A stretch of DNA of 64,000 nt, from the NCBI RefSeq assembly GCF_003704095.1, contig NW_020846086.1, forward strand, positions 496,001 through 560,000, given 5' to 3'. The position numbers and the translations under genes were made by a program. Below are positions 63,980-64,000 of this stretch, piece by piece. Under the pieces are notes generated by a model. That model was not told where the DNA came from and did not search any database. It saw only the letters and a list, made by a program, of their open reading frames with translations. Each line of letters begins with the position of its first letter. Positions within the stretch are counted from its first letter, which is position 1. The DNA comes from Pocillopora damicornis. Taxonomy: Eukaryota.

Positions 63980-64000
63980 GTCAGTAATTTAATTTCTCTC

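Overview
Intron-rich, AT-rich animal genomic DNA. The repeat families, TPR-repeat type and gene style suggest a scleractinian coral (inference). I reconstructed five spliced genes by hand with phase-consistent exons: a GalNAc-transferase (GALNT, minus, 8 exons, one GC-AG intron), RADX (minus, 6 exons), FTCD (plus, 13 exons), PDSS1 (minus, 9 exons) and the 5' part of LMBR1/LMBR1L (plus, 10 exons, runs off the window). There is also an HMGA-like AT-hook gene, three intronless rhodopsin-class GPCRs (two are tandem paralogs with atypical micro-switch motifs) and a decayed TTC28-like TPR pseudogene. RADX/FTCD and PDSS1/HMGA are tight head-to-head pairs. Non-coding DNA is dense with MITEs, SINEs and LINE ends. 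The most interesting non-genic signals are: (1) three copies of a short Penelope-derived element carrying a minimal hammerhead ribozyme motif; (2) a four-layer nested insertion; (3) a near-identical 141-bp inverted duplication bracketing the last two RADX exons; (4) head-to-tail tRNA-containing repeat units; (5) CpG decay that differs between repeat copies according to host gene. I found no convincing wholly new protein system. All coordinates were read by eye and no searches were run.
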